NCBI GenBank assembly: GCA_033442325.1
Contig: JAWQFM010000033.1
Span: 111,217 to 175,216 of the forward strand
Reading direction: 5' to 3'
Source of the DNA: Salpingoeca rosetta
Lineage: Eukaryota > Protista > Choanoflagellata
DNA length: 64,000 bases
Shown here: in pieces, positions 32,401-55,674 of the stretch
Position numbering within the stretch: the first letter of the stretch is position 1
Layout: each line of letters starts with the position of its first letter
The notes under the pieces: generated by a model
The model's database searches: none
The model's input: only the letters and a program-made list of their open reading frames with translations
Told to the model about the DNA's origin: nothing
Program-made: the position numbers and the translations under genes

Positions 32401-35400
32401 GGCCGGGGCAGCGCCGTTGCTCGTGGTGAACGAAGAGCGTCAAGCGCACACGGGCGCAGCCACAGCATCACGACGCGTGACGATATGGCGCTGCGTACGG
32501 ATGGCGGTGATGAGCAGCGGCCAGTGCACCGCCACCGCCGCAGTCGCTCTGACATCACCGCCGGGCTCGCACTCAACCTGGCTGATGTGTACAGCCACGA
32601 CGATGCGCTTGGCGAAGATGAGGATGATGGCAACGTGACAGTCACGGAGGTGCTTGGCGCAAGCAGCGACACACCCGAGACGACAACACCAACACCATCG
32701 GCCGCCACGACAACAGCCGGACTGTCGTCGAGACTTGGGAGCGGCCCACCATCCCCAACACGCACACGGCGGCGATACCTCTCTCTCCGCCGGCGCACGC
32801 TCGAGAGCACCAGCAGCGACGCCACGTCGACAGGGATGATGACCAAGGGGCTGCCAACACGCGGCAGCGCAACAAGCGCAGGGTCTCCCCCGTGTGTCGG
32901 CGATGGTGGCAGCGGCAGCGGCGTGAGCACGGGCTGTGAAGATGCCACTGACGGCGAGCGCACGCCCCGCAGCAGCGTTGACAGCACATGTGCGCAGGAG
33001 CATTCCGATGCGTCTGCATCCGACAATCAGCAGCAGCGGCAGCCGTCGCCACAGCGGTACAAGGGGCGACGGCGACAGAGCAACACAGCGTCAACAAACG
33101 ACACCAGCAACAGCAACAGCACCAGCAGCAGTGGTGGTGGTGGTGGCTTCCTTCGGTTGCTGCGGTCTCCAACGCGCCGCAGGTCAAAGGGCAGTTCAGC
33201 TGCCAGTGGTGTTGGCGAGCAGGACGGGGGCGCCACAACGGACGGCACTGAGACGGAAACTGCAGACGAATGCGAGACCGTGCCAGTGCAACGCAGTGGA
33301 GACAAGACAGCGGCCAAGAAGCGAGGAAAGCGCACACCAAGCACGAGCAGCAATAGTGGCAGCGGTGGTCACAGGTGGTCCCTCATGTCGTTCCGGCGTG
33401 GTGGGCGCTCGAAGAACAACAGCGCCAGCAACAGCAAGGCGTCCACATCCAACTCCACGCCGTGTTCATCACCGATTCCTGAACTGCCAGAGGAGGCATC
33501 AGCGGCAGCAGAACCACGGTCATCTTCGCTGCGGACGAAGGCACGCACGGATGAAGGAGTGAAGGCAACCACATCCTCAACATCGCAATCTTCCGCGTCA
33601 CCGTCAGCAACAACAACGACAACACCGACAACCAGTGCTTCGCCGTCATCGGCGTCAGCGCCAACACCACCAACGCGCCGCGGTGGTCTTCGCTTGAGTC
33701 TCCGTCGCAAGTCCCCGACGTCATCTCCAACACGTGCCACTGCAGCCACGAGCAACACAGGCGAAAGCTCGAGCACAGCCAAGCCGCTCTCTGTGCGGGA
33801 GCAGATACAGATGCTGAATTCGCGGGCGGCGGACTCTGCGCCGTGCACGCGATCACCATCGCCGGCGAACGTGCAGCAGAACAGGGCACCGTCGCCGTCG
33901 CCGCTGGCACGCACCCCCGCCCACCACACAGTCGCAAGGCCCAACCCGACATCGCCCACACCCCAGGCCACGACGGTGCCAATGGCAGCAGCAGCAACAG
34001 CAACAACGGCGACGGCATCTGACACCAGCACATCACCAGCAACACCCACAGCAGTGTCGCCCGTTGCTCCGTGCCAACAACCACAGCAGCAGCGGCAGCA
34101 GCAGCAGCAGCAGCAACAGCATTCGAGAAGGCCTCCGTCGCAGCAGCTTGAGCCCGTTCCCGCGTCCCGCATCATGGAGTTTATCCACATGTTCAACAAG
34201 GCCACAGCAGACAAAGTGGGCGGCAAGACCACTAGCACGGACAACCACGCTGGTGCCAGCAGTGGTGATGTGCGCACGCGCGCTCAGAGTTTGGACATTG
34301 CATTCAGCACAGCCTCCCCAACAAAGCATCACGCGAGCCATCAACAAGAACAACAACAAAACCAACAACTGCAAGAACAGCAGCAGCAAGAACAGCAGCA
34401 AACAACACGTGCTGCGCCATCTCCGGTGGCGCGCGCGGGAGTGCTGCATCAGACGGCAGAACGCGGCAGCCGTGAGAGCTTTTCGTTCTGGCGCATGCGT
34501 GAACGCCAGAGCCAGGAGCAGCTGAAGCTGGGCGAGGACCGCAGAAGTGGACGCAGCAGTCTCACCTCGGCCTCGCATGCTGTCGGTGGCAGTGGCAGTG
34601 GGAGGGCTGGTTTCAGCCTTCGTACCGACAACGCTGCCAAGGCCCCGTCATCGGCAAGCGGTGTCGGCGAGAAGGCTGCGCACACCACCGCTGCTGTTGG
34701 TCACCTGCACAAGCAGGGCAGCACGGGCATTCCCCACGCGGTGGAGCTTGATGCAGCCGAGCACGGTGCCATGACGTCCTCGAGTCAATCACAGCGCCCG
34801 CGCCATCATGGTGGAGACAGCGAGCATGTGCCACCAACAACATCGTCGTCATCGTCGTTGTCGTCCACAGCAGCGGCAGCAGCGGCGAATGTGCGGAGTC
34901 TTGCGCGTCAGTTTTCCAAGCGCTCACGCCAGGACGGCACCAGCGGGAGGGGGCGCCGCCTCTCGCCCGTACGCCGGCAACAGGTGCCTGCAGGCAACCA
35001 CGCCCACAGCGGCAGCAGCAGCGCATCTCAACAGCACAAGGATAAGAGCAACGAAGGCAGTCAAGTACTGAAGCAAGTATCCAACACACGCATCCCTGTT
35101 CCATCATCCCCACCAACAGCGGCAGCAGTGACAAAGACAGACGACGACAAACCACGACGCGGTGCGTTGTTTACTTCTGAGTTAGCTTGCTCAGTTTGCT
35201 TGTGTGTCTGTGTGTGTGTGTGTGTGTGTGCATGTGTGTGCATGTGTGTGCGTGTGTGCATGTGTGTGTGTGTGTGTGTGTGTGTGGCCTGTTTCATGCA
35301 CATCATAATGTGTATGTTGTCGCATGCTTGCAAGCATTGCACCTCACAATGATCGCATTTCTCACCATCGCCCATGTTCCTCCCCTCACTTTCCTTCGTA

Positions 35401-35810
35401 CTCCTCATGCAGGGTCCAAGTTCTGTGCTGTCGCCCCACGCACAAGCACGACGGAAACACCCGCGCACGGGTTCTCCACCACGTCGCACGTTGGCCGCGG
35501 TGTGGCTGCATTCACGCAGTTGATCGAGGGCACAACTGGGGGCTCTCGCACACGCAGCAGTGGCAGCAGCTGCGGCAGCGGTGGTGTCACAGCACAGGTG
35601 ACGCACCAGCAGCAGCCACCGCCGCACCACCACGCGCCCAGCGGCGGCGGCGGCGGCGGTCGCGTCAACATGCGAATGAACAGGGTGCCGACGCCCAACA
35701 GCAAGGACTCGCACGACAGCAGCAGCGCTGGGGTGAAGGCGGCATCCTCGTCGCTCGCTTCATCCAAAGGGCTCAACTCGCCCAGCAGAACACCACGCCC
35801 CTCAGCATGA
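22343..35810 (+). CDS. Giant Dbl-family RhoGEF (DH-PH, PLEKHG1/2/3-like) with a Raf-like RBD and a ~2400-aa disordered tail
   Basis: DH motifs [61 protein letters not shown] and ATRINE. PH motifs [19 protein letters not shown] and EKKYW. RBD-like [36 protein letters not shown]. An in-phase junction leads into exon 27997-35161, with a last exon ending at 35810. Confidence 0.88.
22702..22765 (+). repeat. (CT)n microsatellite flanked by (CA)n, RhoGEF intron 1
   Basis: Seen directly in the sequence. Confidence 0.9.
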
Positions 35811-36482
35811 CGTGCTCGGAAGGAATCGTGTTGACCCTGACCTGTGTGAGGCTGTCGATGTTAGGATGTTGGTGTGCGTGCTCACCAGAGTAAGCAGCCT
35901 TCACGCACGTGACTCGCCAACTTCTGTGCCTGTTGTGTTGCACGGCATTGGTCCCAGTGCTCACCTTATCTTGCGTACAATTCTTCTTGTTCGTTTTGTG
36001 TCTTTTGCTTTTGTTTTTGACAACACCACTGAGGCCCACATGTTCGAGATGTGTTTCGCCCAATTCATTTTTTTTTTGGTTTCCTTGTACACACTGTGTA
36101 GCAGCAGATTCTATTCTTTTTGTTTCATAGCCATGCATGACTGTAGTCAACAGGTCAACACACGTGCTGTTCTTTCTTGACACTTCTTTTGTTTGCTCCT
36201 CATCCATCACCCTTTTCCCCCCAGCAGTACAAACACAATATCGCCACACACACACACGCAAGCACACATGCACGCAAACGTGTCATTGCTGATGCTTGTT
36301 GGTATGTATGTATGTAGCTGTTTTCTTCTTGATGTGGTGTCACAACCAACATCCATACATGACAGGTGTCACAGACAGAAAGAGCACAGAGCAAACAAAA
36401 GAGTGTGTGAGGTGTCCAACATGATGATGGACGATGTAAACAACGACATCGCCACTCACACAACACTCACACACAAGACGCA

Positions 36483-36520
<38 letters not shown>

Positions 36521-36887
36521 GCAACAACAACGCATATCAACGAAGAGAAGGGGAAGGGGGACGCGTATTGCATGCGTGCTGGCAGCAACAGGCAAGTGAA
36601 CAATAACGAATGACATCTATGGGGAAGAAGAAGAAGAAAAAACTTGTGGGAGGGGAGGGTATGTATGTGGGTTGAGCGAAAAGCTCCGATCTTTGTGTGT
36701 CGCACAGCAACGTCCAGCATGCGATGCGATGATGGAGAGCAAGCAGGGCGACAACAGATACGGGGTGCTCGTGCTCGTGTTGGTTGAGGTTGTGGGGTTG
36801 TTTGTTGTGTTGTGTGGGTGCTGGGAAGGATTGTTATCTGCATGTAGGGCTGGTTGGTTGTGGTTGGTGAGGAGGGTGGTGTGGTGC

Positions 36888-37661
36888 TTAGTAGCCGACA
36901 GAGGCAAGGTAGTCTGCAAGCTTCTCAACGACGTTGTTGCAGTCACCGCCCTGCAGGCCACCCTCGTACACGCCAATCAACAGAGCCTGGTTGGTCTTCA
37001 CAACAATGCAGCCAGCATCACCGCCCTGTATGTGCATGTGTGTGCATGAGCGTGGTATGTGTGCATGTGTGTGCATGAGCGTGGTATGTGTGCATGCGTA
37101 ATGCGTGAATGAGCGAGCGAATGAGTACAAAAATGTGTGCGTGTGAGTACAACAACGTGTGTGTGTGTGTGATGGTGGCAAGAGAGCGCCGCAGGTTGGC
37201 GGCTGTTGGTTGGTGTACGTGCCAGGCTGGGTCAGGAGGAGATACGCACCTTGCGGCCGAGAAGGGAGCGGTCGGTGGCGCGGAGGAACATGTACTTGAC
37301 GCCGTTGAGGACGATGCCAGTCTGATAGAGGGGCTGGGGATCGCCAAAGGCGCGCGCAAGGGCTGCTGCCTCCGCAGGCGCAACCTGTAGCAAGACAGCA
37401 AACGAGTTGTGCATGCACGCGTTGGTGAGGGGTGCCATCGCACAATCGCAGGAGTCACAACACGAACACGAGCGTGTGAGCTCTTTCCAACAGCAGACGA
37501 TAAAACAAAACAAAAGCCCACGAACAAGCGAATGGCACGGACAAACGCACGGTGAAGCCGGCGGATGTGGCCCATGGGTTGCCGTCAAGACCGTGGATGG
37601 CGGCCTTGGAGACCTTGCCGGTCGCGATGAGGTGCTGGTCGACGTACTGCTGCCACGACAT
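36888..37661 (-). CDS. PFN: Profilin (3 coding exons)
   Basis: [37 protein letters not shown]|[13 protein letters not shown]...[23 protein letters not shown]|[45 protein letters not shown], a classic profilin sequence. Confidence 0.97.
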
Positions 37662-38320
37662 TGTCTGTCAAAGGATGGGACGAGAAGATGGGAGGAGGAG
37701 ACGAGGAGAGAGAGGGTAAGAGGAGAGGGAAAAATGATAAACGTGGAAGCAAGCCACACACACGCACACACGCACACACAAAAGACAAGCACAGTGAGTG
37801 AGAATTGCGAACCAGGTGACTTGAGCACACAGAGGAGAATACACATAAGGTTGACGAAGAGTGCGTGCGATCTCGCTGCTGCTGTTGCTGTTGTTGTCGT
37901 TGTGGCTGTGGTTGCTGGTCAACACCACATCAACTCGCGTTCGTAGGGACGCTTCTCTTGGCGACAGAGAGAGCCAATCAAGGAAAGCCGGGCGCCACCA
38001 TTGAGCGCAAACACAAACGTCAACACAAACAATTGGAGAGTGCGCGCCACAACCGCAAGCGCCGGTCGGTGGCACTGGGATGTGACAGTTGTCGGGATCC
38101 GTATTGCTGGTGGTGTTTCGGGCGGCAGGCAACAACGCGCTCTGAGCGTCACGGTTGCACAGCGGCATGCAAGTGCTGGCAGCTGTGTCGACAAGCCCAC
38201 ACGGCACCCAAGTTCGGATGTCGTTGGAACTTGCTGGTGATGGCAACACTCTTTGGTTGTCTGCTGTTGCGGGTTGTGCTGTTGCTGTTGTACTGCCACT
38301 CCAACAAGCGCGCGCACACG

Positions 38321-38396
<76 letters not shown>

Positions 38397-38463
38397 CACA
38401 CACACACACGCACAGACGCGGGTTCACACAGCCCCACCAACTACCTCTCCTCCTCGTCCTCAC

Positions 38464-38952
38464 CTTTGGTTGTGTTGGAAGGAAGGGGGGTTTGCTTGCG
38501 GGCTGTGGGAGCGAGGTTCGTCTGTGCTGCTTTGCTGGTCGCTTGGTAGTGGAGATGTGGGTAAGTTTCCAGCGAACAAACGGTTTGCTGCGATGCTGCG
38601 ACGGACGAACCAAAGGCCAGACAACGGGTTCCCAAACAACAATAAAAAAAATTTACTTGCGCTGTGACCGCCTACAACATCCTGAGGAGGCCACCCTTTG
38701 TTTTCAATTCCCGGTTGTGTGGGTGTGCGAGAACTGCCGCAAACCTTGTGCCAATCGTCGTGGGGTGTCGTTGCAAATTGCAACGCCACAGCCTGAGCTG
38801 GCACAACCTGGGCTGCAATTGGCAACGCATTTGGCAGACAGTGAAGACAAAAAGGGAACAAGACGAACAGCGCCGCTGAGCATCCCCCAAGAAGACAGTC
38901 GTCGACCAATACAAACAACACCACCACCACCACCACCACCACCACAGGCGCC
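38464..38952. promoter_or_regulatory. Putative bidirectional promoter and 5' UTRs shared by profilin and ARPC1
   Basis: The genes are head-to-head. Profilin has an AG acceptor 3 nt upstream of its ATG, and a minus-strand donor (AAG|GTGAG near 38463) is followed by (GT)n, implying a 5' UTR intron that places its TSS in this interval. Palindrome GTTGCAA-A-TTGCAAC lies at 38770-38784. Confidence 0.5.
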
Positions 38953-39162
38953 ATGGCCACGGAATTTCAGGTGCGCATGCGTGTATGTGCTGTGTTGTAA
39001 TGTTGTGTGTAATGTGTCATGTATGTGTTTTGTGTTATGTTTGTGTTGTATGTGTGTGTGTGGTTTGTTTGTGCCCACTGCACATGATCCCTGTGCGATG
39101 TTGTGTTTGTGTTTGTTTTGCATTGGGGAGCTCACGCACCATGGCTGCATGCGTGTACATAC

Positions 39163-39199
<37 letters not shown>

Positions 39200-41676
39200 T
39201 GTGTGTGTGTCTGTGTGTGTGTCTGTGTGTGTGTGTGTGTGTGTGTGGTTGCAGTTGATGAAGAACCCGGTTCTTCCCCTCTTCACGCACGCGTGGAACA
39301 AGGACAAGACACGTGAGTGCATGCATGTACACTTGTGCGCATGCGTGTTGCAGGGTGGATCATGTTAGCACGCTGTGCGCACATCAGCCACTCGTTTGCA
39401 CACATCAGCTTTCTCAACCTGACGCTTCATGTGATCCTCGCCCTCTTCCTCTCTCCCTCTCTCCCTCTCTCTGTCTCTCTCTTGCCCTTGCCCTTGCCAC
39501 CCTCAGAGGTGTGCGTGTCCCCGGGCGATAACAAGGCACACATCTACTCGTTCGATGGCAAGAACTACAAGCTCGAACACACCCTCGAGGATGTACGTTT
39601 CGTGTGTGTGTGTGAGGGGGGGGGGGTGCGTTTGGGCGAGTTGGGGACTGTTGCTTGTACTCTTGTTGTTGCTTTTTGCTCTGACTCTTGCTCTTGCTGT
39701 CGCCGACTCACTTGCGTGTTTGCTTCCACTCCTTTTCTCTGACTGCAAACAACACCTGCAGCACACGGCCACCATCACCGGCATTGACTGGTCTGCCGAG
39801 TCCAACGACATTGTCACCTGTGGCCATGACCGGAACGCCTACGTCTACTGCTGGGTGCGTGGGGGGGGGGGGGGTGTATACGTGTTGTGTGGGTGTGTGG
39901 GTGAGTGTGGGTGTGTGTGTGTGTGTGGGTATGTACGTGTTGTGTGGGTGTGTGGGTGTGGGTGCATTCGTGTTGTGCGTGCGAGGGTGTGTGGGTGTGG
40001 GTGTGTGTGCGTGTGCGTGGGTGTATAGTGTTGTGCGCGTGCGCGTGTGCCTCTCGCTCTCTTCCTCCCTACCTGTCTGTTTGTCTGTGTGTGTATGTTA
40101 CTCGCGTTGCTCCCTCTTGCCTTCATGACTTGCACTTGTCAGTGGACTCACCATTCACCCTGATGCAACCGATCCCCATCCACCACCGCCAACTGCCACG
40201 TGCCCGTGATGCCATGACAGAAGAAGAACGATGCTGGCGTGGAAGTCTGGGACCCGAAGCTTGTCATCCTGCGCATCAACCGCGCTGCCACCTGCGTCAA
40301 GTGGTCCCCCAACGGTCAGTCGCGCCATCAGACGACAGAAACGGGCAGGGTTGGATGTGCAAGGGTTCAATACGTGGCACATTCCTTGAGCTTGTCATGG
40401 CGCACACCTCAACGCACGTCTGTATACACACACACACACACTCTCTCTCTCTCTCACACACACTCACTCACAAACTCACACACACACACACTCTCTCTCT
40501 CACTTACACACTCTCTCACAACTCACACTCACACTTGCGTATCTCTCGCTGGGTCAGGCAAAAAGTTTGCAGTTGGGAGCGGTGCGCGTGTGATCTCTGT
40601 GTGCTACTTTGAGGAGGACAACGACTGGTGGGTGTCGAAGCACATCAAGCGGCCCATCCGCTCCACCATCCTGTCCATCGACTGGCACCCAAACAACTAC
40701 CTCCTCGCAGCAGGCAGCGCAGACTTCAAGTGCAGGTGCTGTGGCCATGCTCATTTGTGGCGCTGGTGCTGGTGTGTTGTTGGTGGAGGGGTTGATGGTG
40801 GTGGATGATGATGGTGGTGGTGTGAAGGGGTCGTGGAGCGGGGATCAGAGGGGAGGCAAACGACAAGGGTGCAGATTGCCGCTTTGATTGTGTGGCAAGC
40901 AAGGCAGCACAGCACGCACGCCCAATTGATTGCACAGAACGCATGCGTGTGCAGCTGTGTGCTTGTTGTTGTCTCACGCCATCTCCCCCACTGTACACCG
41001 CTCCGCGTGGTTGTGCTGTTTTCTCTCTGTGCACAGGATCTTCAGCGCCGCCGTCAAGGGCGTGGACGAGAAGAACAAGGAGACGGAGTGGGGTGCGCGC
41101 AAGAAGTTTGGCGAAGTTGTGCAGGAGTTTTCGACGAGCACGGCTGGCGGCTGGGTGCACGCTGTGTCGTTTTCGCAGGACGGAACCAAGGTGGCTTTTG
41201 CCGCACACGACTCATGCGTCTACGTCGTCGACGCCACAGACAACCTCAAGTGAGTCCATCGATGATGGTGGTGATAACGACAAGGAGGGGGCTTGTGTTC
41301 TTTTCACTTGCTTCCGTCTTTGCCTGCTTGCTCGCCTGCTTGCTTGTCTGCTTGCTTGCTTGCTTGCTTTCTTGATTTCTTGCTTGCTTGCTTGCGCCCT
41401 TTGTGTTCACCACATCGACCATGCTCATCATCATCACCACCATCACACCCCTTGCAGGATGCACCGCCTGCCGTGCAAGGCGCTGCCGTACCGCACCATC
41501 GAGTGGGTCTCTGCCACGGAGTTTGTTGCCGCCGGCTTTGACTACGTCCCCGCTCTCTTCTCCTTCACAGGCGCTCTCCAGTACATCGGTCAGTACTCCT
41601 GTCGCTGGTTGCATGTACATGCGTGTGCGCGTGTTTTGTATTCATGTGTTTGTATTTTTGTGTGTGTGTGTTTGTC

Positions 41677-41739
<63 letters not shown>

Positions 41740-42150
41740 ACATCACCGTACTTGCCTGTCTGTCCTTGGTGTGTGCAGTGCATATTGTGTCTCCTCCATC
41801 CACCCCCCGTCATCCATCCACCCACTCATCCATACCCGTACCCCCACCCCCCTTCTCTCTCTCTCTCCGTCTCTTGGTTAGGCGAGCTCGACACGCGGCA
41901 GGAGAAGGAGACAAAGTCGACGTTCCGTGCGCTGGACAAGTTCCGCAACCTTGACAGCAAAGGCACGACCGAGGGCAGCGCGCTCAAGACCAAGGTCAAC
42001 ACCACCCACCAGAACTGCATCGCAGACCTGCAGATCTTTGCTGGCGAGAAGGGCAACGTGGCCAAGTTCACGACCGTGGGCAGCGACGGCAAGATTGTCG
42101 TGTGGGACCTCGCCGCTGCAAAGCGCAGCATGCCCAGCAGCGCCGCCTGA
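38953..42150 (+). CDS. ARPC1: Arp2/3 complex subunit 1 (p41, WD40)
   Basis: Spliced product has [117 protein letters not shown] and DGKIVVWDL. Confidence 0.97.
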
Positions 42151-42722
42151 GCGGGTGGCACTGATGAGATGGGTGGATGATGCTGTGATGACGACGATGA
42201 CGCCGTTGTTGTTGTTGCTGTTGTTGTTGATGTTGCTGCTGTTGTTGTTGATGATGAACCGATGCACAATGACAATCGTATGATGTGTGATGGTTGCTGG
42301 ATGGCTGGCTGGTGTGATGATGTGGCGATCGTGACCCGTGCTGCGTATGCGCGTGTCACGTTGTCACATTGAGCGGTGGAAGCGGTGGACGATGACAGTC
42401 GAGTGGATGTGCCTGATGAAAACTATGTGTTGTTACAACCTCCTCTTCTTCCTCTTGCTGTTGTTGTTGTCGCTGTTGTTGTTGTTTGGTTTTTCACAGT
42501 CTGTGTGGGGTTGTGTTCTTCTCTCTTTCCTCTTCTTGATGCTTCACGTGCATGTGTGTGTGTGTGTGTGTTTGTGCTTCTTGCCTCAATTGAACAAGCG
42601 AGCAAGCAAGACGAGGAGAAAGTGGCAGGGAGGGAGAGTTAACAAACAACCTCCTTGTGTTTGCTCGCGTTTGATGGCGATTAGTGGATGATTTCATCCA
42701 ACTTTCGGCAGGTGGCAGGACG

Positions 42723-50226
<7,504 letters not shown>

Positions 50227-50833
50227 GTGGTGCTGCTGCTGCTGCTGTGACGTGAGGAGAGTGATGCCAGCCCATCTGTCTTTGTTTGTGTGTTCACGTA
50301 ACTGTATGTTTGCTTCTTTGTTCCGTTATGTGGTTCGTTGCTGGTCACCATCATTCCCCCCCCCCTTATACACACACACACGCACATTTCTGTTGCGCTT
50401 GTTACTCGCTTGCATTGCCGACGTGTGTTTCTGTCGCTTCAACGGAAGACAATGAAAATGAAACACACACGCGCGCGTGGCACGTGCACGCGGATAACTG
50501 ATGTGAAGCGATGGAAGGGGCAAAACCGTGATGGAACACACGCCAACGTCACATCACACGAAACGCGTACTTGGTTACATAACGAAATAGGGATGGTCAC
50601 GTTTGTAAGGAGGGGGAAATTAAGTCAGGAGTTCAATAAGCCCGCAGTGTGTGCATGCATGCATGCATACGTGTGTGCAACAACTCAACACCGCGGGTAA
50701 CAGAGCGCGGTGGGAGGGGGGCAGCGTGTCAGCGATACGTGTGGCAGGTAAGGAATTGCACCGCTGCACCAAGGACGTAGCGTTCAACCGAGTCGTGTGA
50801 GCATCACGTGTCATGATTATGTATGTGTCAGGG

Positions 50834-53356
<2,523 letters not shown>

Positions 53357-53433
53357 TGCTGAAAGTTGATGGAAATCATTCATCAATCGCCATTAACCGC
53401 ACCACCACCGACAGAGCACAAGAACGACAGAGC

Positions 53434-53639
53434 ATGGCCGCCACATCTCCAGCTGTGGAAGCGCTCATCAACTTCTGCAACGAACCTGAACCAGACCGCC
53501 AACATGACGTGCGTCTGTGTGTCTGTGTGTCTGTGTGTGTGTATGTGTGTGTGTGTTTGTATGTGTGTGTCTGTGTGTCTGTGTGTCTGTCTGTCTGTCT
53601 GTGTGTCTGTCGGTGTGTGTGTCTGTGTGTCGGTCTGTG

Positions 53640-53690
<51 letters not shown>

Positions 53691-54396
53691 GTGTCTGCCT
53701 GTCTGTCTGTCTGTTTGTGTGTCTGCCTGTCTGTCTGTCTGTTTGTGTGTCTGCCTGTCTGTCTGTCTGTTTGTGTGTCTGCCTGTCTGTCTGTGCCTCT
53801 GTGTCTGTACCTGTATGCCCGTGCGTGCGCAGTGCTCAACATGTCCTGCCACGGTTTGTGCTACCCTCTTCCTACTTTCCCGCCCATGATGGGCACCGCT
53901 TGCAGACTGCGCCGTATGACACGGAGCGGCTGGACGAGCTTGGCTTGATCGCATATGAAGAGGGCGACCCACTCATCAGGAACATCCTCGCCAGTGCCTC
54001 CTTCGAGAGCATTATGGAAGGTGCGTGCGTGTGTCTGTGCAAGTGTGTGCGTGTCTGTGTGTCTGTGTGTGTCTTTGTCTGTACCTGTGTGTCTTTGTCT
54101 GTACCTGTGTGTGTGTGTGTGTGTGTGCGTGTGTCTTTGTCTGTGGCTGTGCTGTGTCTGCCCGCCTCTCTGGCCATCAGCCTTCATGCCTAGGCTGTAT
54201 GTAAGCTTGCTTGCTTGCGTGAACCCTCCCGGAGATATTCCTGGTTCTCAGTGCCACTGTTTCTTGTTTACCAGGGTTCGTGTGCCACAACGAGCAAGAA
54301 TACGTTGACCTGGAGGAGCTTGCATACAAACTCAAGAACCGAACGTCCATCCCTCGACACGTTGGCATCGACTTCTGCAGTGAATGGTGTGTGTCT

Positions 54397-54429
<33 letters not shown>

Positions 54430-55674
54430 CCTGTGTGCCTCTCTTTCTCTTTCTCCTCTCTCTCTTTCTCTTTCTCTTTCTCTTTCTCTTTCTCCTCTTT
54501 CTTTCTCTTTCTCCTTCTTCTTTTCTATCTCTGCCTGCCTGTGCGCGTCGCGCCGCTCTCTGCACGCCTCTGATGATTGCTTGCTTGTCACCGGTACATT
54601 TCCATCACGTGCTACTGCGCATGTTCTGTCCTTCCATTAGTGGTTCCCCGCTTCACGTTGCCTTCCCTCCTCACGTCCCATGTGCTTGCATTTGCGCACA
54701 GCAACAACATGCTGCATCCTGCGGAGAGCGCCGACCGAACCCGCCTCGTCTTCAAGGTGACGACCATTCACACAGCAAACGCATCTCGTGCCTGCCACCA
54801 CGCACATGTAAACACACCTGCTCACTACTGCCGTCACACGTGTGTATCTGTGCCTGTGCGATTGATAATGATGATTTGCAGTGTCGCAGCTGTCAGAATG
54901 AGGTGGAGAGGGCAAACGCATTCTGCGTGTATGTCAACAACATCAGCGAGGATATCGAGTGAGTGTGTGCGTGCGTGTGTCTGTGGGTGTGTGGGTGTGG
55001 GTGTGGGTGGGTGTGGGTGTGGGTGTGGGTGTGGGTGTCTGCGACCGCCTGTGTACATGTGTCATTCGTTGGTGCTGTGTGATGTGATGTCATGTCCGCG
55101 TCGTGGTGTTTGCGTGGATGAGCCTGCCCACATGCGTTTCGTATTGGCATCGCGTCAAGGTTGCGGGATGCCTTCCCCCTTGCCTGTGATTGACACGCGT
55201 TGCACTGCCGCCCTTCTTGTCCGCTGTGTGGTTGTGCAGGAGCTTAACGCGCATGAACCCGGACGTGATTGCGGACCCGACGCTCCCACACTCCCGCTCC
55301 AAGCCGTGCCCGCAGTGCGCACATGAGGACGCCGTGTACTTCCAGGCCCAAGTCAACCGCGAAAAGGTGTGTGTTCCTGTGTGTGTGGGGGGGGGGGATG
55401 TGTGTGTGTGGCTTATGTTGTCTCGTCAACTCTGCGTGTGTGTGTGTGTGTGATCGTATCTGCTGCTGCTGTTGATGCTTCTTTCCACTTGCTTCGTCAC
55501 CATTTTCTTTGTTTCGACTCGCTCATGGCCATTGTGCGCGTGCTGAACGCTTTTCCAAACGCCCAGTCGAACATGCAACTGTTCTACGTTTGTTGCCAAT
55601 GCCGCCATCAATGGCGCGATCACGTCGAAAAGCCAGACGACACCGCAGATGACGGAGAAGTACCAGGATACTGA
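53434..55674 (+). CDS. RPB9: RNA polymerase II subunit RPB9 with an N-terminal extension (7 exons)
   Basis: VGIDFCSEC|NNMLHP...RLVFK|CRSC (Zn ribbon 1), CVYVN, DVIADPTLPHS, CPQCAHEDAVYFQ...|MQLFYVCCQCRHQW (Zn ribbon 2). Upstream exons are in phase from the ATG at 53434. Confidence 0.92.

Noticed and set aside
28025-35155. Many antisense and alternate-frame ORFs inside the giant RhoGEF exon
   Set aside because: These are shadows of GC-rich trinucleotide-repeat coding sequence.
37865-39316. 483-aa plus-strand ORF spanning the profilin-ARPC1 intergenic region
   Set aside because: It crosses microsatellites, the promoter and ARPC1 introns, and has no recognisable domain.
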